Position numbers and translations under genes: made by a program. A stretch of 58,466 bases of DNA, counting the filler, from Squatina squatina (Eukaryota), in the NCBI GenBank assembly GCA_031763465.1. It is 3 parts of 3 records of this genome, joined end to end, with 100 filler letters (N's around TTAATTAATTAA, not from the genome) between each part and the next. Parts side by side here need not be neighbours in the genome. Positions count along the whole stretch, not along the records: positions 1 to 16,806 come from JARFOE010000203.1; positions 16,907 to 40,929 come from JARFOE010000001.1; 1 more part is not named here. One strand, 5' to 3'. Below, piece by piece: positions 12,845 through 25,590 of this stretch. The notes under the pieces were generated by a model. That model ran no database searches. It saw only the letters and a list, made by a program, of their open reading frames with translations, and was not told where the DNA came from. Numbering within the stretch: position 1 is the stretch's first letter; each line of letters opens with the position of its first letter.

Positions 12845-12949
12845 CACTTTATGTCCCCCTGATGGAGAGTGATATCAAGCAGGGTGTAAAATGAGTTTGG
12901 TTTTAATTGCCGCCTAGTTGTTGGCAGCCTATTTATCCATAGGCGACCA

Positions 12950-13170
12950 CAGCTAAGCTCTCGATCCTGTTCTTAATGTTCACAGACACTTTCCAGCATT
13001 TTGATAGCAATGAAGAGTGGTAGCCATTGCTGATCTATCCAACCTCTAGCTCAGGGGCACTTAACCCAATCATGGCAAGACTGCTCCCCAAGCTAGCTCA
13101 GCACGGATCGGGGATTGAAATTAGGGTCTTCTGGGCTTGTATTAAATAGGGTGGTGTCTTTATCCAAAGG
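12950..13170 (-). mobile_element. Degenerate LF-SINE-like element
   Basis: Minus strand ..tttcaatccccgatccgtgctgagctagct..gtgcccctgagctagagg..ctggaaagtgtctgtgaac resembles the LF-SINE core and the copy at 25250-25590. Confidence 0.5.
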
Positions 13171-16100
13171 CCACAATAGTAACTATCTAGGAGTATTTGT
13201 GACTTTATGTAAAACTTAAAAGAACAATTCTTTCACTGAATGATCAATATAAACCACTGACAGTTTTGTTAAAAAAAATCTTTAACTTTACACATAGAAC
13301 AAAATATGACCCCTAGTCATTTTTAAGATCCGTAACAAATTCCTAAATGGTACCGCATGATGGTTCAAGTGTAAAGCATGGTGTGGTAGTGAGATATAAG
13401 AAAAAAGAAAGAAAAGAAACACTTGCATTTATATAGCGCCTTTCATGACCTCAGGATGTCCCAGAGCGTTTAACAACCAATGAAATACCTTTTGAAGTCC
13501 AGTCACTGTTGTAATGTAGCAAAGGAAGAGCCAGAGGTCTGATTTTCCNNNNNNNNNNNNNNNNNNNNNNNNNNNNNNNNNNNNNNNNNNNNNNNNNNNN
13601 NNNNNNNNNNNNNNNNNNNNNNNNNNNNNNNNNNNNNNNNNNNNNNNNAAGTGTTAAGGAGAAGCTAAGAGGCCCCAAGTGATCTCCAATTACACTATAC
13701 TGGACCTGGTGGGGTGTGATATCTGTACAAGGGAGAAAAAAATGGGAAAGGTTACATTCTGAAGCACTGGCACGCTGACATTGACAAACATAAACTATTT
13801 CACAGTCCACCCTCAAAAGACATCATAACAGCATTGGATCCCTTTACAAGCCAATCGTGTCAACTCAAATGCAAACACCAATAACGTGTTGTTGCAGTAC
13901 TAACCTGAATGTTTATAGTGTCTAATTACAGTGCGATTAATGTGTGTGAACATGAACGATGAAACTACAGCAACAAGTAGTTTATTTTAACTAAAAGGTT
14001 ACTGTGCTTGAAAATTAACTATTCCTGAAAAGCCTCCTGTGTCTATTAAATGTGTTAATTGGAGAGCTTTATTGCTCACTTTACAGTTCCCACCTAATGG
14101 AGTGTCTGTGTTTGCTTTCAAAGAAATTGGATTCATGCTGATTTAGTATCAGGAGACCCAAAATATTTGTTAGGAGAGGAGACAAGGTCCTTAAGATAAA
14201 ATGTCCTCCAATACAAACTAAAAATTGTGGAAATACACAGCCAGTCATTCAGTACCTTAAAGAGAAAGACTGCAGAGCAACAGAACTNNNNNNNNNNNNN
14301 NNNNNNNNNNNNNNNNNNNNNNNNNNNNNNNNNNNNNNNNNNNNNNNNNNNNNNNNNNNNNNNNNNNNNNNNNNNNNNNNNNNNNNNTCCTACATTGTAA
14401 CACTGACAACACTTCAAAAGTACTTAATTGGCTGTGAAACGCTTTGGGATGTCAAACCAGGTGCTATATAAAATGCAAGTTCTTTTTTAAATCATCAAGG
14501 GTAAAAATGGAATGTTTAAAATCCAGAGTGTGTCTTTACCCGCTGAATATCTTTGGGTCAAAGACAGAACCTTTCTCACTGGACGTTTACTTGCTGGAAT
14601 AGAATCGTGTCCTCTACCACTTCATGGTCTAGATAAAGCTGGGGATTTACCTCTGCCAATTCATCACCCGATGGTCTGGCAATGCCGGGTACTCATCTCT
14701 TCTATGCATCGACAGCCTGGTTGGCATCAGGCACTGCCCTACATGCCACAACCTCAGAGGAACTGCCGGAAGTAAGCCGCTCATTCTGTCATTGGCATGT
14801 ATCTCACTGCCCTGTGGTACAGTACTGAAGCTTGCTAAACAGCCACTGCTCTAACAAGATATACCTGCCCTGAAATAAATTCCACCAGAATGAGTCAGAT
14901 GAGTATGAGCGAATATGGGAAGCAAACTCAACCTCTGTCGCTGGAGCCACAGTGTGAGTGTTAATTACCAGGGGAGGAATTGGTGAAGCTCTTCCCAGCA
15001 GCAAACTGCCTTTCGCTTGAACAATTCTTTCTTGTGTGTTGGAGAATTGCGGTGACCATTGGATGCATTTGACAAAAAAAAATCCAGAGCCATACGGATG
15101 AGGCAACAGAGACAGGACTCTCACTGTGAACTTGAAGGGTGTTTAATGAATTGTATCCTTGGTAGGGGAAGGGAGAGGGACGAGTGCACTCAGACCTGCT
15201 CTCTTTGAAAACAGACGAAGCGGAGCGGAAATGAAGATGACAGAAATGAGCAGATCTCCGGACTCAGCAGAAACTAACAGAGCTTCCAGTTAATTTGGGT
15301 TTGTCTCATTGGCGGGTGACAGCTTCTTGGACCACAAGCTGTGTTACGAGGAAGACTGAAGTCTGGAGCTTTTTGGAAATAAAGTGGAAAAGAAGAAATT
15401 CTGCAAAATCACTGCCCAGGAGACAGCCCTGTCAAGCACACACATATTAACTTTGAAGCACAGATGAAGTGGCCCTATATCAGGATCACTCATTTCACAA
15501 TTTCTTCCTGAGTTCCCCTGGTATTTTCATTTTTTACACCTACATGCACAGAAAGAATAAAATATTTCTAGGTTATTTCTTTGCTTTGATCTCCCTACTN
15601 NNNNNNNNNNNNNNNNNNNNNNNNNNNNNNNNNNNNNNNNNNNNNNNNNNNNNNNNNNNNNNNNNNNNNNNNNNNNNNNNNNNNNNNNNNNNNNNNNNNC
15701 AAACTGCGACAAGGGCATTTTTCACCTTTGAGACTGCGTGAGGAGTAAACCCTGCAATGATTGCATCTTTGCCTCCACACACCGGCAGACCTTTCTCTAA
15801 AGGCGCAGTGATTGCTACATTAATGACTTTCAGCACAGTCTCCGTGGCAATCTGCTTTGTGGAAAATTAGTGACAGGTCCCAATGTATGAGAGTCGGGGC
15901 GATAGACAAGGGCCTCTATGAGCAGCATTCTGAACAAGCACACTCTGCTAAAAGCAGCATGGAGCCTTCACATCACCACTGGAGTGATTCAACTTTGTAA
16001 CCAGGAACTATGGCCCTCAGATTAAAAAGATGCATGGTTCATGGAATGTAGAAAAAAAAATTCACTGTGGCACCCTGAGCCAGGCCTGCCACCTTTAGGA

Positions 16101-16806
16101 AACTGGCGTGATGAGATAATTTCCACTGTGCCACCTCAATGAGCAGCAGGAAGGGAGACAGAGCCAGAGAGAGAAAGACAGAGGTGTACAGACAGAGACA
16201 TACAGCCACTTAGAGAAATGCTTGCAGGTTGTTACTGACCCACTTACAGAAAAAGGATGTGGATCACCCGGTCCTCCTGAAGATACTCAGTTAGCTCTGG
16301 AGGCCCAGATTCATCTGTTGTGTAATGCACCCTATCCTAATTTGTCAGTGCGATAAAAATATTTTTATTTGGCGAGCTAATGTGCTGTCATAGAGTGGAA
16401 GAAATGTGGGTTTGCACCTGTGACTCCCTGCACACTGAGCGATGAAAGCAGACAGAGAGCCAGATGGATGGAGACAAAGTCCAATCAATTGCATCGATGT
16501 AAAAATGGGAACAAATAGAGAACAAACTGAAAGCTCCACACTGCCCAGAAATGCACTCAATGTTCCGAAATCCCGGTTTATATTCCTTGCAACCTCCCTG
16601 CTGTCTGGGTGAAATAGAAATGTACGCTTCGTTCGGTCACAAACTGGATGGGGAATTTATCCCATCATGCAAATTTCTGCCTCCTAACGATGACAGGCCT
16701 GGCTCAGGGTGCCAATGCGAACTATTTTTTTTTTCCACATTCCATGAAACGATCATGTTTTTAATCTGAGGGCCATAGTTTCTGGTTACAAAGTTGAATC
16801 ACTCCA

Positions 16807-16906
16807 NNNNNNNNNNNNNNNNNNNNNNNNNNNNNNNNNNNNNNNNNNNNTTAATTAATTAANNNNNNNNNNNNNNNNNNNNNNNNNNNNNNNNNNNNNN
16901 NNNNNN
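16807..16906. other. Assembly join with artificial linker (44 N + TTAATTAATTAA + 44 N)
   Basis: A six-frame stop 12-mer exactly centred in a 100-base gap; identical construct at 40930-41029. Confidence 0.95.
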
Positions 16907-17075
16907 CATTTAAGGGGAAGCTAGATAAACACATGAGGGAGAAAGGAATAGAAGGATATGCTGATAGGGTGAGATGAAGTAGGATAGGAGGAGACTTATG
17001 TGGAGCATAAACACCAGCATAGACCAGTTGGGTCAAATGGCACTGTTTCTGTGTTGCAAATTCTATGTACTTCTA
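16907..17075 (+). mobile_element. CR1 LINE 3' end
   Basis: catttaaggggaagctagataaacacatgagggagaaaggaataga..gaccagttgggtcaaatggc. Related pieces at 17545-17620(-), 18060-18220(+), 24023-24075(+), 28064-28120(-), 33364-33420(-) and 37965-38075(+). Confidence 0.8.
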
Positions 17076-19849
17076 TTTAATAAGAGCAAGAATTTTAATC
17101 TGTAGCAAATTTGGGCACAGAGGAAACACAGTCTATCAATGAGTAACACAGAACTGTAGCATATACACAACAAGATGTGTTCACTACCTTTACATGTGCA
17201 CCGTTGCTTAAGGGTTAACGATGCTAATATGTATATGTCCACTTGAACCCAATCCTTTCATCATGCCTGCTATCACATATTGTCAGGCTATATAATGAGC
17301 AAGTTAAAGAAGGAATCGCAATGAGGTAAATACGAAGTGTTACATAGTACAGATAAGGTGAACACTGAGCATTGCTTCCACTTAAATTGGGTCAGGAGGA
17401 CCAGATAAATTAAATTAGTGCAATGTAAATTTGAAACAAAGTTTCAAAACATTTCTTCATTCAAAAGGGGAGGAATGTTTGGAATCATCTTCAAAGCATG
17501 GTAGTCAAGTCAAAGGTATTAGAGGTGTTCAAAATCCAGTTACATTACATCGGATTACATAGGATGTACAGCACAGAAATAGGCCTTTCGGCCTAACCCA
17601 TCATTTCACATCTAACCCCATCAGTCCTAACCGGATCAGTTGGATGGGCCGACCTTTGACACTTCAAATGGTCTCTCCCTTTCCTCGGTTGTTCTTGTAT
17701 TCTTAACACTATTCCCTGGTGGTTTGCGGATTTCGACCGTCTTCCCATTTCCATGGGGTGGGACGGAAACTGTTCTATTATCGGCCAGTGGTGATATGGA
17801 ATCAAACCCAGAACGCCACACTTAGTTGGTGAATCTTAATAGGTTTCAGACAGAGGGTGATATTCTTCTTCCACTACTGTGATTTCTTTGATGCGAGGTG
17901 TTGAATTAAAAAATAAACAGGCTTCGTTCGCTTGAGTAACAACAAAATCAGCTTTTGGTTCTGGTTATACTTTTATTCTTGTACACATAAGTTACACAAA
18001 GTACAATTACACATAGGCACGTGCTCCTTACATTGTACCATCTATTGTTAGTGGACATAATAGATTGATAGATTTTAGATATTAAAGGCATCGAGGGATA
18101 TGGGGATAGGGCAGGAAAATGGCGTTGAGGTAGAAGATCAGCCAGGATCTTGTTGAATGGCAGAGCAGGCTCGAGGGGCCGACTGGCCTACTCCTGCTCC
18201 TATTCCTTATGTTCTTATGGAAGAGGGTAGTTATATCCGAGATTTTACAGTGTCATTGTGTTCTTGCGTTTAATAAGTAATGTTTTCTTCTGATGCAGCA
18301 AGTGAAAGGAAACTTTCCCAGGCTCCACTCTTGTATTGCTGAACTGCGGTCAATGCCAAAAGAGGGTTGTATACGTGAAAAACCAGGCTCTTTAAAACAT
18401 GCTGTGGAGGATGGCCTCTTACAGTTTAAACAGTACATGAGGCATGTGACAGTGGGAGGATCACTGAATAGCTGCTCAGTGGAGGTAAAACATATTTACA
18501 TTTGCTTTAAATCATTTTTATTGCCTTGCAGCTGGTTGCCATCTCATAAACATTGCAATTGTATATTTTGCTAAAGGGGAAACTGACATTTTAAAACTTG
18601 TCTGACTTATATATTATCACCAGTAAAATCTCCCAGAGTATTTGTTATTAGAACAATATGGGTGTTTATGCCATTTAGGGGATTACATCAGTGTCTAAAT
18701 AAATTTCATTTTTTAACTCTACTCTGGGATTGTTTACTGGTGCTTTGGGATTGAATTTCACAGTTGTGTGTTATTTTGTGAAAACTGTAAATGAGTGGTC
18801 TATATATCATCTTTTACCTATGTATTTAATTTTTAGCCATTGCAATTTTAAAGCTGACAATAAACAGCAAATAAAGATTTTTTTTTTACATTTATGTAGT
18901 GCATTTCACATCCTCACAATGTTCCAAAGTGTTTCACAGCCAATAAATTACTTTTGAAGTGTAATCACTATTGTTTTGTAGGCAAGGTGATATACAAGAT
19001 GCACTAATTGGAGGTATGTATCCTAGCCCTAAAGTTCTGTGGGAGATATCTTTTACTGATTTTACCTAAATAAAGATTTTGAAATGTCACTTCTGGATTT
19101 CATAACATTTTGAACAACTTTTGATCAAAACCTACTAGACTATTTCATCATTGCCGCTGATTATCAATGCATCTTGGGAAATCAGGCATATTACACATTC
19201 TCAGACTGCGCAATCCAAANNNNNNNNNNNNNNNNNNNNNNNNNNNNNNNNNNNNNNNNNNNNNNNNNNNNNNNNNNNNNNNNNNNNNNNNNNNNNNNNN
19301 NNNNNNNNNNNNNNNNNNNCTGCAGCCCAATCTACTTTAAGGTTCTTTATTCTAAGATATCTTCCTCTTTTATTGCAATATTCCCAATTATCCTGCTTAC
19401 AGTGCAACCCACGTTTGGTAGTTGGGCATAGTTTACAGGAATGCAGACTGATGCAAAGTAATCATCGAATGCCTTTGCCATATCCTGGTATTCCACTTGA
19501 ATCTGTCCCAATGTGTCACAGTAATCTCAACTCCCAAGATGTATTTAATGGTCCTCTAACTCAACATAACTAAAAAAAAACTTTGCCATTATTTCAGCAA
19601 TTATCAATGATCATCTTTTCCATTAATCTCCTAGCTGCTCTAATAGTTGTTTTCATTAGCCTTAATTGTGCAAGGTATTTATCTTTTATCTTGAGTTGCT
19701 CTTCATTCTGGAATATTGTTTCAGGTTAATTTGTGCTTGCAGATTTTTGGTCAGCCATTTTGGTTTAGTTTTAACATGTGTCCTTTTAGTAACCCTTAGT
19801 GGTTGGAGGAAGAGCAGCAGTCGGATAGGGAACCTCAGGGATCTGCAGT

Positions 19850-20210
19850 TGGGCTTCTTAGGAGACCACACAAGGAGGGCTGCTCGCAGGCATCCTTACT
19901 CAGCCCATAGGGTCAATAGGTCCAGAGTGAATTACCTCCACTTTTCTGAGGAGCAGTGCATGAGGCAGCAATTCTCAAGAGAGGCTGTCACAGACCTGTG
20001 CAGTCTTACAAGACACTACAACCTATTCGTCCAGCTGGACATGCATTGCCTGTGGCAATGAAAGTGACTACACCCCTTAATTTTTTTTTGCACTTTGGGT
20101 TCATTCCAGGCTACAGCAGCAGTCACAGACAGCCTTTTATCCATGTCTGCATCAAGCAGATCACTGATGCCCTCTTTGTCAGGGCCAATGACATCACATT
20201 CCTCATGAAT
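19850..20210 (+). pseudogene. Harbinger/PIF transposase (HARBI1-like) N-terminal remnant, frameshifted
   Basis: Frame 1: RRHPYSAHRVNRSRVNYLHFSEEQCMRQQFSREAVTDLCSL. Shifted frame: LQPIRPAGHALPVAMKVTTPLNFF..IHVCIKQITDALFVRANDITF. Matches the N-terminal HTH region of vertebrate Harbinger transposases; no DDE core is present. Confidence 0.8.
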
Positions 20211-20934
20211 TCCAGCAGATAACGACTCTGATGAATGCTCCATCCTGGGGACAGATATTGACAGTTGAGAATGACACAATTAACCTGGATAGTTTCTTCA
20301 AGAGTTGGTTACACAACCATGGAACAGACAAGGAACATCTCCATTTGCTGCTCCCAGCTGCACGTCTCCCCAGCTCTGTAGAACGAAGTAATCGGTGATA
20401 TGAGTGATGACTAGGGAAAGAGGGTCGGAAAAGCTGAATCTAAATCTTGTCTCTGAATTGTGAAGCATTCCAGAGTTAAAGCGCTTCATTAGGTACCCTG
20501 CTGGCAGAGTTGGTAAGGGCAGTGTGTGACTGGGCCATAAGACCAAAGAAGGTCCCTGATTCAATCCCTAGTGTGCACTTGAGTTAGCAGAAGGTTTTAC
20601 AGGTTTAGAACAATTATGGAAAAGGTCAAGGAGAAAGAGAAATCATAGATAGCCGAAGAAATCCTCCACCTAATGAGACTGAGAAGTTATTGTAAAGTAT
20701 GAAAAAATTTTAAATACCAGGAACTAGATGAGATGATTGTTAGGATTTAGATGTTCTCCAAAATACTTCATGTTTTACTCAGGTTAAAGGACCACTTATG
20801 TGAGAATGTCCACACTTCAGATGAACCTAAATGTGATCCTCTAGTTTAGGAGATAACATGCCCGAAGTGAGCAATAATCTTGCTTCCATTTGCAATGTAC
20901 ACTGGAAACAGTAAATACCGATCTCCCTACCTAA

Positions 20935-21230
20935 TTTTTAAAATTCATTTTTGGGATGTGGGCGTCGCTGGTAAGGCCGACATTTAGTTGCGTTTAGAAG
21001 GTGGTGCTGGAGCTCTTGAACCGCTTCAATTCATGTAGTGGTTTGATACAACTTTTTGATCCGACATCTTCTTGGTCAATTTTACTGATATCAATTTTTT
21101 TAATTCCACCTTCAAAAAAAAACATTTGATTTTCAAATTCTCATAGTGCCATGGTGGGATTTGAACTCACATTCTGGATTGCTAGTCCAGACCTCTGAAT
21201 TACTTGTCGAGTCATGTAACCAATACAAAG
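20935..21230 (-). mobile_element. Degenerate copy of the second tRNA-derived SINE family
   Basis: gggatgtgggcgtcgctgg tail plus ggtgggatttgaactc..ctggattgctagtccag head are reverse complements of parts of 22084-22475. Confidence 0.7.
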
Positions 21231-21896
21231 CCAAGAGATGAATCATGATGTTTCTTACACAGCTTCCAGAATCTGTTACAAAACCTTAAAGATCTGACCA
21301 ACATCTGTAGTGTTACACTTTTGCCTTGGATCAATATCCATGATGCAAAGTTTAGATATGAAATAGAATATTCACCAAGTGGTCCAGTAACCTAACTCAC
21401 TAGCAGCCTGGAGAAGAAGAAATGTACTGAAGAAACTGTGATATGGGCACCAGTTATGNNNNNNNNNNNNNNNNNNNNNNNNNNNNNNNNNNNNNNNNNN
21501 NNNNNNNNNNNNNNNNNNNNNNNNNNNNNNNNNNNNNNNNNNNNNNNNNNNNNNNNNNTATGAACCACACCAGCAATCTAGCTTGAACCCCACCTGAGAT
21601 ATGTTTTAACCTCACCACCTCAAGCTGTTGCTCTCTCCCACCTTGGTCTTTCCTCTGCCTATTATCAGCTTCAACCACTCATTGGCTCAGCTGCTTCCCA
21701 TCCACCAGTCACCTTGGTTCCTCAAGGAGAAGACCCACCATCACCTTTTCAAGCCAACAAGGGATTAGCAATAAAAGTTGCCTTGCCAGCATCACCCACA
21801 TCCCGAGAACTAATTTTTAAATACTGTACATTCTGGAATACTGTGATGCAATGACTCTAGATTACATTTTGGATCTGGTTCATGGCAGATGATTAT

Positions 21897-22746
21897 GACC
21901 TAGAAATTGCTTTGCTCCTGACTTTGGACACGAACCCAGCGACAAGCTTGAACCACCTCGGCAAAACTCATGAGCAAGAGGACCATGCAATATTGATCTT
22001 CTTGCGTCATTGGGATGCTAGCGGCGTGCTGGGCATGCGGTTGCACCCCTAGAGGCAGTGCGCCAGTTGTATATCAGTAGTATGGGAACGGTAGCATAGT
22101 GGTAATTTTACTGGACTAGTAATCCAGAGGCCTGAACTAATAATCCAGAGAAAAGAGTTCAAATCCCACAACGACAGCTGGGGAATTTAAATTCAATTAA
22201 TTAAATAAATCTGGAATAAACAGTGACCATGTAACTACTGGATTGTTATAAAAACCCATCTGGTTCACTCGTGTCCTTTAAGGAAGGAAATCTGCCGCCC
22301 TTACCCCATCTGGTCTATATGTGACTCCGGACCCACAGCAATGTGGTCGACTCTTAACTGCCCTCTGCTGTTCAGGAAAGCAGCTCACCACCACCTTCTT
22401 AAGGGCAGTTAGGATGGGCAATAAATGCTGGCCTTGCCAACGATGTCCACATCCCATGAATGAATTTTTAAAAAAGACCCCGTTTGGCTGCTCTGTGCCT
22501 GAGAAAACTGACTGCAACATGTACAGTGCATGTTACAATAAGGTGGCAACCAATTTAGAAAATGGACCTGAAACAGGCGTTAGACCCCTGATCTTCATAG
22601 GCATTCAGTCCAATGGCTGTCTCAGGTAGGTGACTACAGGTTGCCCTAACTAATATCGCATATGGCGCATACCTGGCATGGGATGAAAGCGTTCATGCCA
22701 TATTGGATATTTCAGCGCCCACTTTTCACCTCAAAATTTCGAGACC
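21897..22746. mobile_element. MITE-like element interrupted by the SINE at 22084
   Basis: Imperfect inverted ends gacctagaaattg / aaatttcgagacc. A similar, CpG-richer terminus ggcctagaaattcgg lies at 23763-23922. Confidence 0.4.
22084..22475 (+). mobile_element. Full-length tRNA-derived SINE (second family; exact name not assigned)
   Basis: A-box-like tagcatagtgg and B-box-like gagttcaaatcc, body aaaaacccatctggttcact..ggaaggaaatctgcc, tail gggcaataaatgctggccttgcc..cacatcccatgaatgaa plus A-rich end. Second copy at ~51168-51469. Confidence 0.85.
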
Positions 22747-23371
22747 TAAATACTTATTAAAATTCTTAACTTTATATGGCTCTGAAATCTGACGGTGTCT
22801 GTGAATCTGTATTCTACGGGCTCCCTCTTATCATCAGACCCACAAACTGCTGGAAGCTGGACTGGGATGAACTGGAGACAAACCACCAAAACTTTCATGC
22901 ACTCTGTCACACGTTGAAGGTAGGAACGAGAAGCACAAAATCATTAGCAAGTGAGTTATAAATGTAGAGTAAAGGTAGCGGCAGAACATTTTATAGCTGC
23001 AGTGTAACAAGGTCTGAGTCTAATTTCACTGCTGTATTTTTGACTCAGTTTTCACTAAACCTAATGGAAAGCATCAAACATTGAAGAGGCTCATTGATTC
23101 ACAAATGCAGACCCCCATATTGTAGGCCTTGAGATGACAGCCTCACTCACTTTTATATATTAACGATTACCTTATATGTCAGCAGTTGTTAAGTATAGGT
23201 GCACCAGGTAGAGTAGCTGTAGTAAGCTGTTAGTATAAGATATATATCCACACATTAAAGATCGATACTTCNNNNNNNNNNNNNNNNNNNNNNNNNNNNN
23301 NNNNNNNNNNNNNNNNNNNNNNNNNNNNNNNNNNNNNNNNNNNNNNNNNNNNNNNNNNNNNNNNNNNNNNN

Positions 23372-23730
23372 GCTAGGCAGTTTTCCACATTGTTGGGCAG
23401 GTAGCAGCGTTGTAGCTGTAAAAGTCTTCAGTATAACAGCCGGGATGTTGTCGGGGGCCCATTGCCTTTGCTATATCAAGTGCACTGAGCCACTTCTTGA
23501 TATCACGTGGAACGAATCGAATTGGCTGAAGACTTGGTTCTATGATAATGGGGACCTCAAGAGGAGGCCAAGATGGATCATCCACTCAACACTTCTGACT
23601 CAAGATAGTTGCAAATAGTTCAGCCTTGTCTTTTGCACTTGCGGGCTGTGCTCCGCCATCATTGAGGATTGGGCTGTCCATGGAGCCTCCTCCTCCTGTG
23701 AGTTATTTAATTATCCACCACCATTTGCAA
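23372..23730 (-). mobile_element. CR1-group LINE ORF2 fragment (family distinct from the main CR1)
   Basis: DDPSWPPLEVP..LQPIRF.PRDIKKWLSALDIAKAMGP + frameshift + WKTA: region preceding the RT domain. C-terminal piece LNIHSLHHRRTVAAVSTIYKMHCSNSPRL at 25826-25966(-). Confidence 0.75.
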
Positions 23731-24139
23731 CCATTTAAACTGATAAGTATAGTAAACAATCAGGCCTAGAAATTCGGTTCATTTGAGCCTCCTGTTAGCG
23801 CCCCTAGTGGGCGCTAATGAGGCACAAACGACTTTGCGACTGGGTGTGGCGCCGCTAACAACTCCCGCTAAATTCAGTGTGAGTTTAGTGGCGCCAGTAA
23901 CCCATAGCTCCCCACTCCGTTGNNNNNNNNNNNNNNNNNNNNNNNNNNNNNNNNNNNNNNNNNNNNNNNNNNNNNNNNNNNNNNNNNNNNNNNNNNNNNN
24001 NNNNNNNNNNNNNNNNNNNNNNGCATAAACATCGGCATGGACCAGTTGGGCCGAATGGCCTGTTTCTGTGCTATGATCGGCTTCTTGACATCGACAATTG
24101 CTATAGTTTTGTATCTTCAAAATTTTTCCTTTTTATAAA

Positions 24140-24188
24140 CAGTTCAAGAAAAACAGACTAAACAAATCTGTAAATTACAAAGTTTATT
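24140..24188 (-). terminator. Candidate cleavage/polyadenylation site (possible PAIP2B 3' end)
   Basis: Minus strand reads AATAAA (24188-24183), a CA about 13 nt later (24170-24169), then a U/GU-rich tract TTTGTTTAGTCTGTTTTTCTTG. It lies downstream of the PAIP2B exon in the right orientation. Confidence 0.4.
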
Positions 24189-25249
24189 CCACACTTGTGT
24201 CAGATAATTAACAATAAACAAAGGCGATACATCCGCAAACACAATCGGATAATGCCCTCGTCTCGACAAAATGCTGAGAACTCAATTTTTAATACAGAAA
24301 TGGTATTAATACAGAAATATGCTGGCAACTGTGGTTTAAACAGATTTCACCCCAGGAGTGATCCAACCCATAAACTACCAGATCGCAAAGTGGCAGCAAT
24401 GATACCGTGTAACTGAATTTTAATGGGGCAAGAACCCACAGCAGCAATTCAAGATCCAGAACAGGGCTGTTTGGGGACTGAGGGGCAGGGGCAAAGGATA
24501 GCTGTTGGCACTCCGTGTCGAGATTCATACATGGATAATGGGCACCAAGCAAGGTAACTTGAGGTCCACCACCAGCCACGGAGCCACAACCCAGTGAGGG
24601 CGTCAACACCGCCAGTACTGGGTCTTCAGGAGGCAAGCGGGAAGGTTAGAAGAGAAAATTAAGATGGGGATGGATTGATTTAAATTTTCAAGATTTATTT
24701 TTAGTTGGTGGCTACAACTATTGCCGTTACCAAAACTGGTCAGATGGCACAATGTATTCTCAGTTTTTAATGTCTACCCAATGAAAATTATTAAAGAATA
24801 TACATCCATATGTGAAGAGAAACCAGAAGAAGAGCAAGGTGTCCTGGGCAATAGTTACCCCTCAACCAATATCATTAAAAATACAGATTATCGGGTCATT
24901 ATCACATTGCTGTTTTGTGGGAGCTTGCTGTGCGCAAAATGACTGCTACGTTTCTTACATTACAACAGTGACTACACTCCAAAAGTATTTCAGTAGCTGT
25001 AAAGTGCTTTGGGACGTACGGTGGTCATGAAAGGCGCTGTAGAAATGTAAGTCTTTTTGTCTTTTAAACCGGTGTGGAGACACCAAGAGGGACAGCACCC
25101 AGTGTCTGTAAATGCACAGAATGCTGAGGGCCAATAGAAAGCCATAAGATCCTGGAAATATTCATGGCTGAATAGTCTGGCACACAGCAAAGGCAAGTGG
25201 TGAAGAAATGTTACGTTTATTGCGTGCAAACTTTGTCCATTTCTGAAGG

Positions 25250-25590
25250 TGTTTGCCCTACAATATTTAACCCAAGTGGTCATTCTTCACACTTGACTCG
25301 AGTACAGAAAGTGTTGGTAAGAAATTCAAATATAGGGCAGTGGGGGTGCATGACAGCTGACCCCAATCCTGCTCTCAAATAACATGCACACACGTGCGCT
25401 TGCTGGCTGAAATCACTGGTGCCCTTTACTGGATTTTCCTCTCCCTAGTCCAGGGGATCTACTGATACCAATTGCAGCATCCATACTCCAGGCTCGCTAC
25501 AATCCGCTAACTCTGCACTACCTGAATGGGCATCGGTGTCCTGGTATTTCAGGCCTATTACGTGTCTTTTCATAACCGAGCTATCGGGAA
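25250..25590 (-). mobile_element. LF-SINE-like element
   Basis: Minus strand gtgcagagttagc..gctgcaattggtatcag..cccctggactagggagaggaaaatc..gcgcacgtgtgtgcatg..caggattggggtcagctgtcatgc..tgaagaatgaccacttgggt is colinear with the LF-SINE consensus as I recall it. Confidence 0.65.

Noticed and set aside
16851-16862. TTAATTAATTAA as a biological motif
   Set aside because: Exactly centred in N runs twice; scaffolding linker.
17620-18050. Possible LTR plus gag start on the minus strand
   Set aside because: TG..AATAAA..CA layout is suggestive, but there is no convincing primer-binding site, second LTR or gag motif.
20404-20458. C/D box snoRNA (GTGATGA..CTGA)
   Set aside because: Short, no clear terminal stem and no guide sequence I can recognise.
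22084-22170. tRNA genes at SINE heads (also 29580-29657, 30715-30785)
   Set aside because: The A/B-box-like motifs run straight into SINE bodies and do not give a clean cloverleaf.
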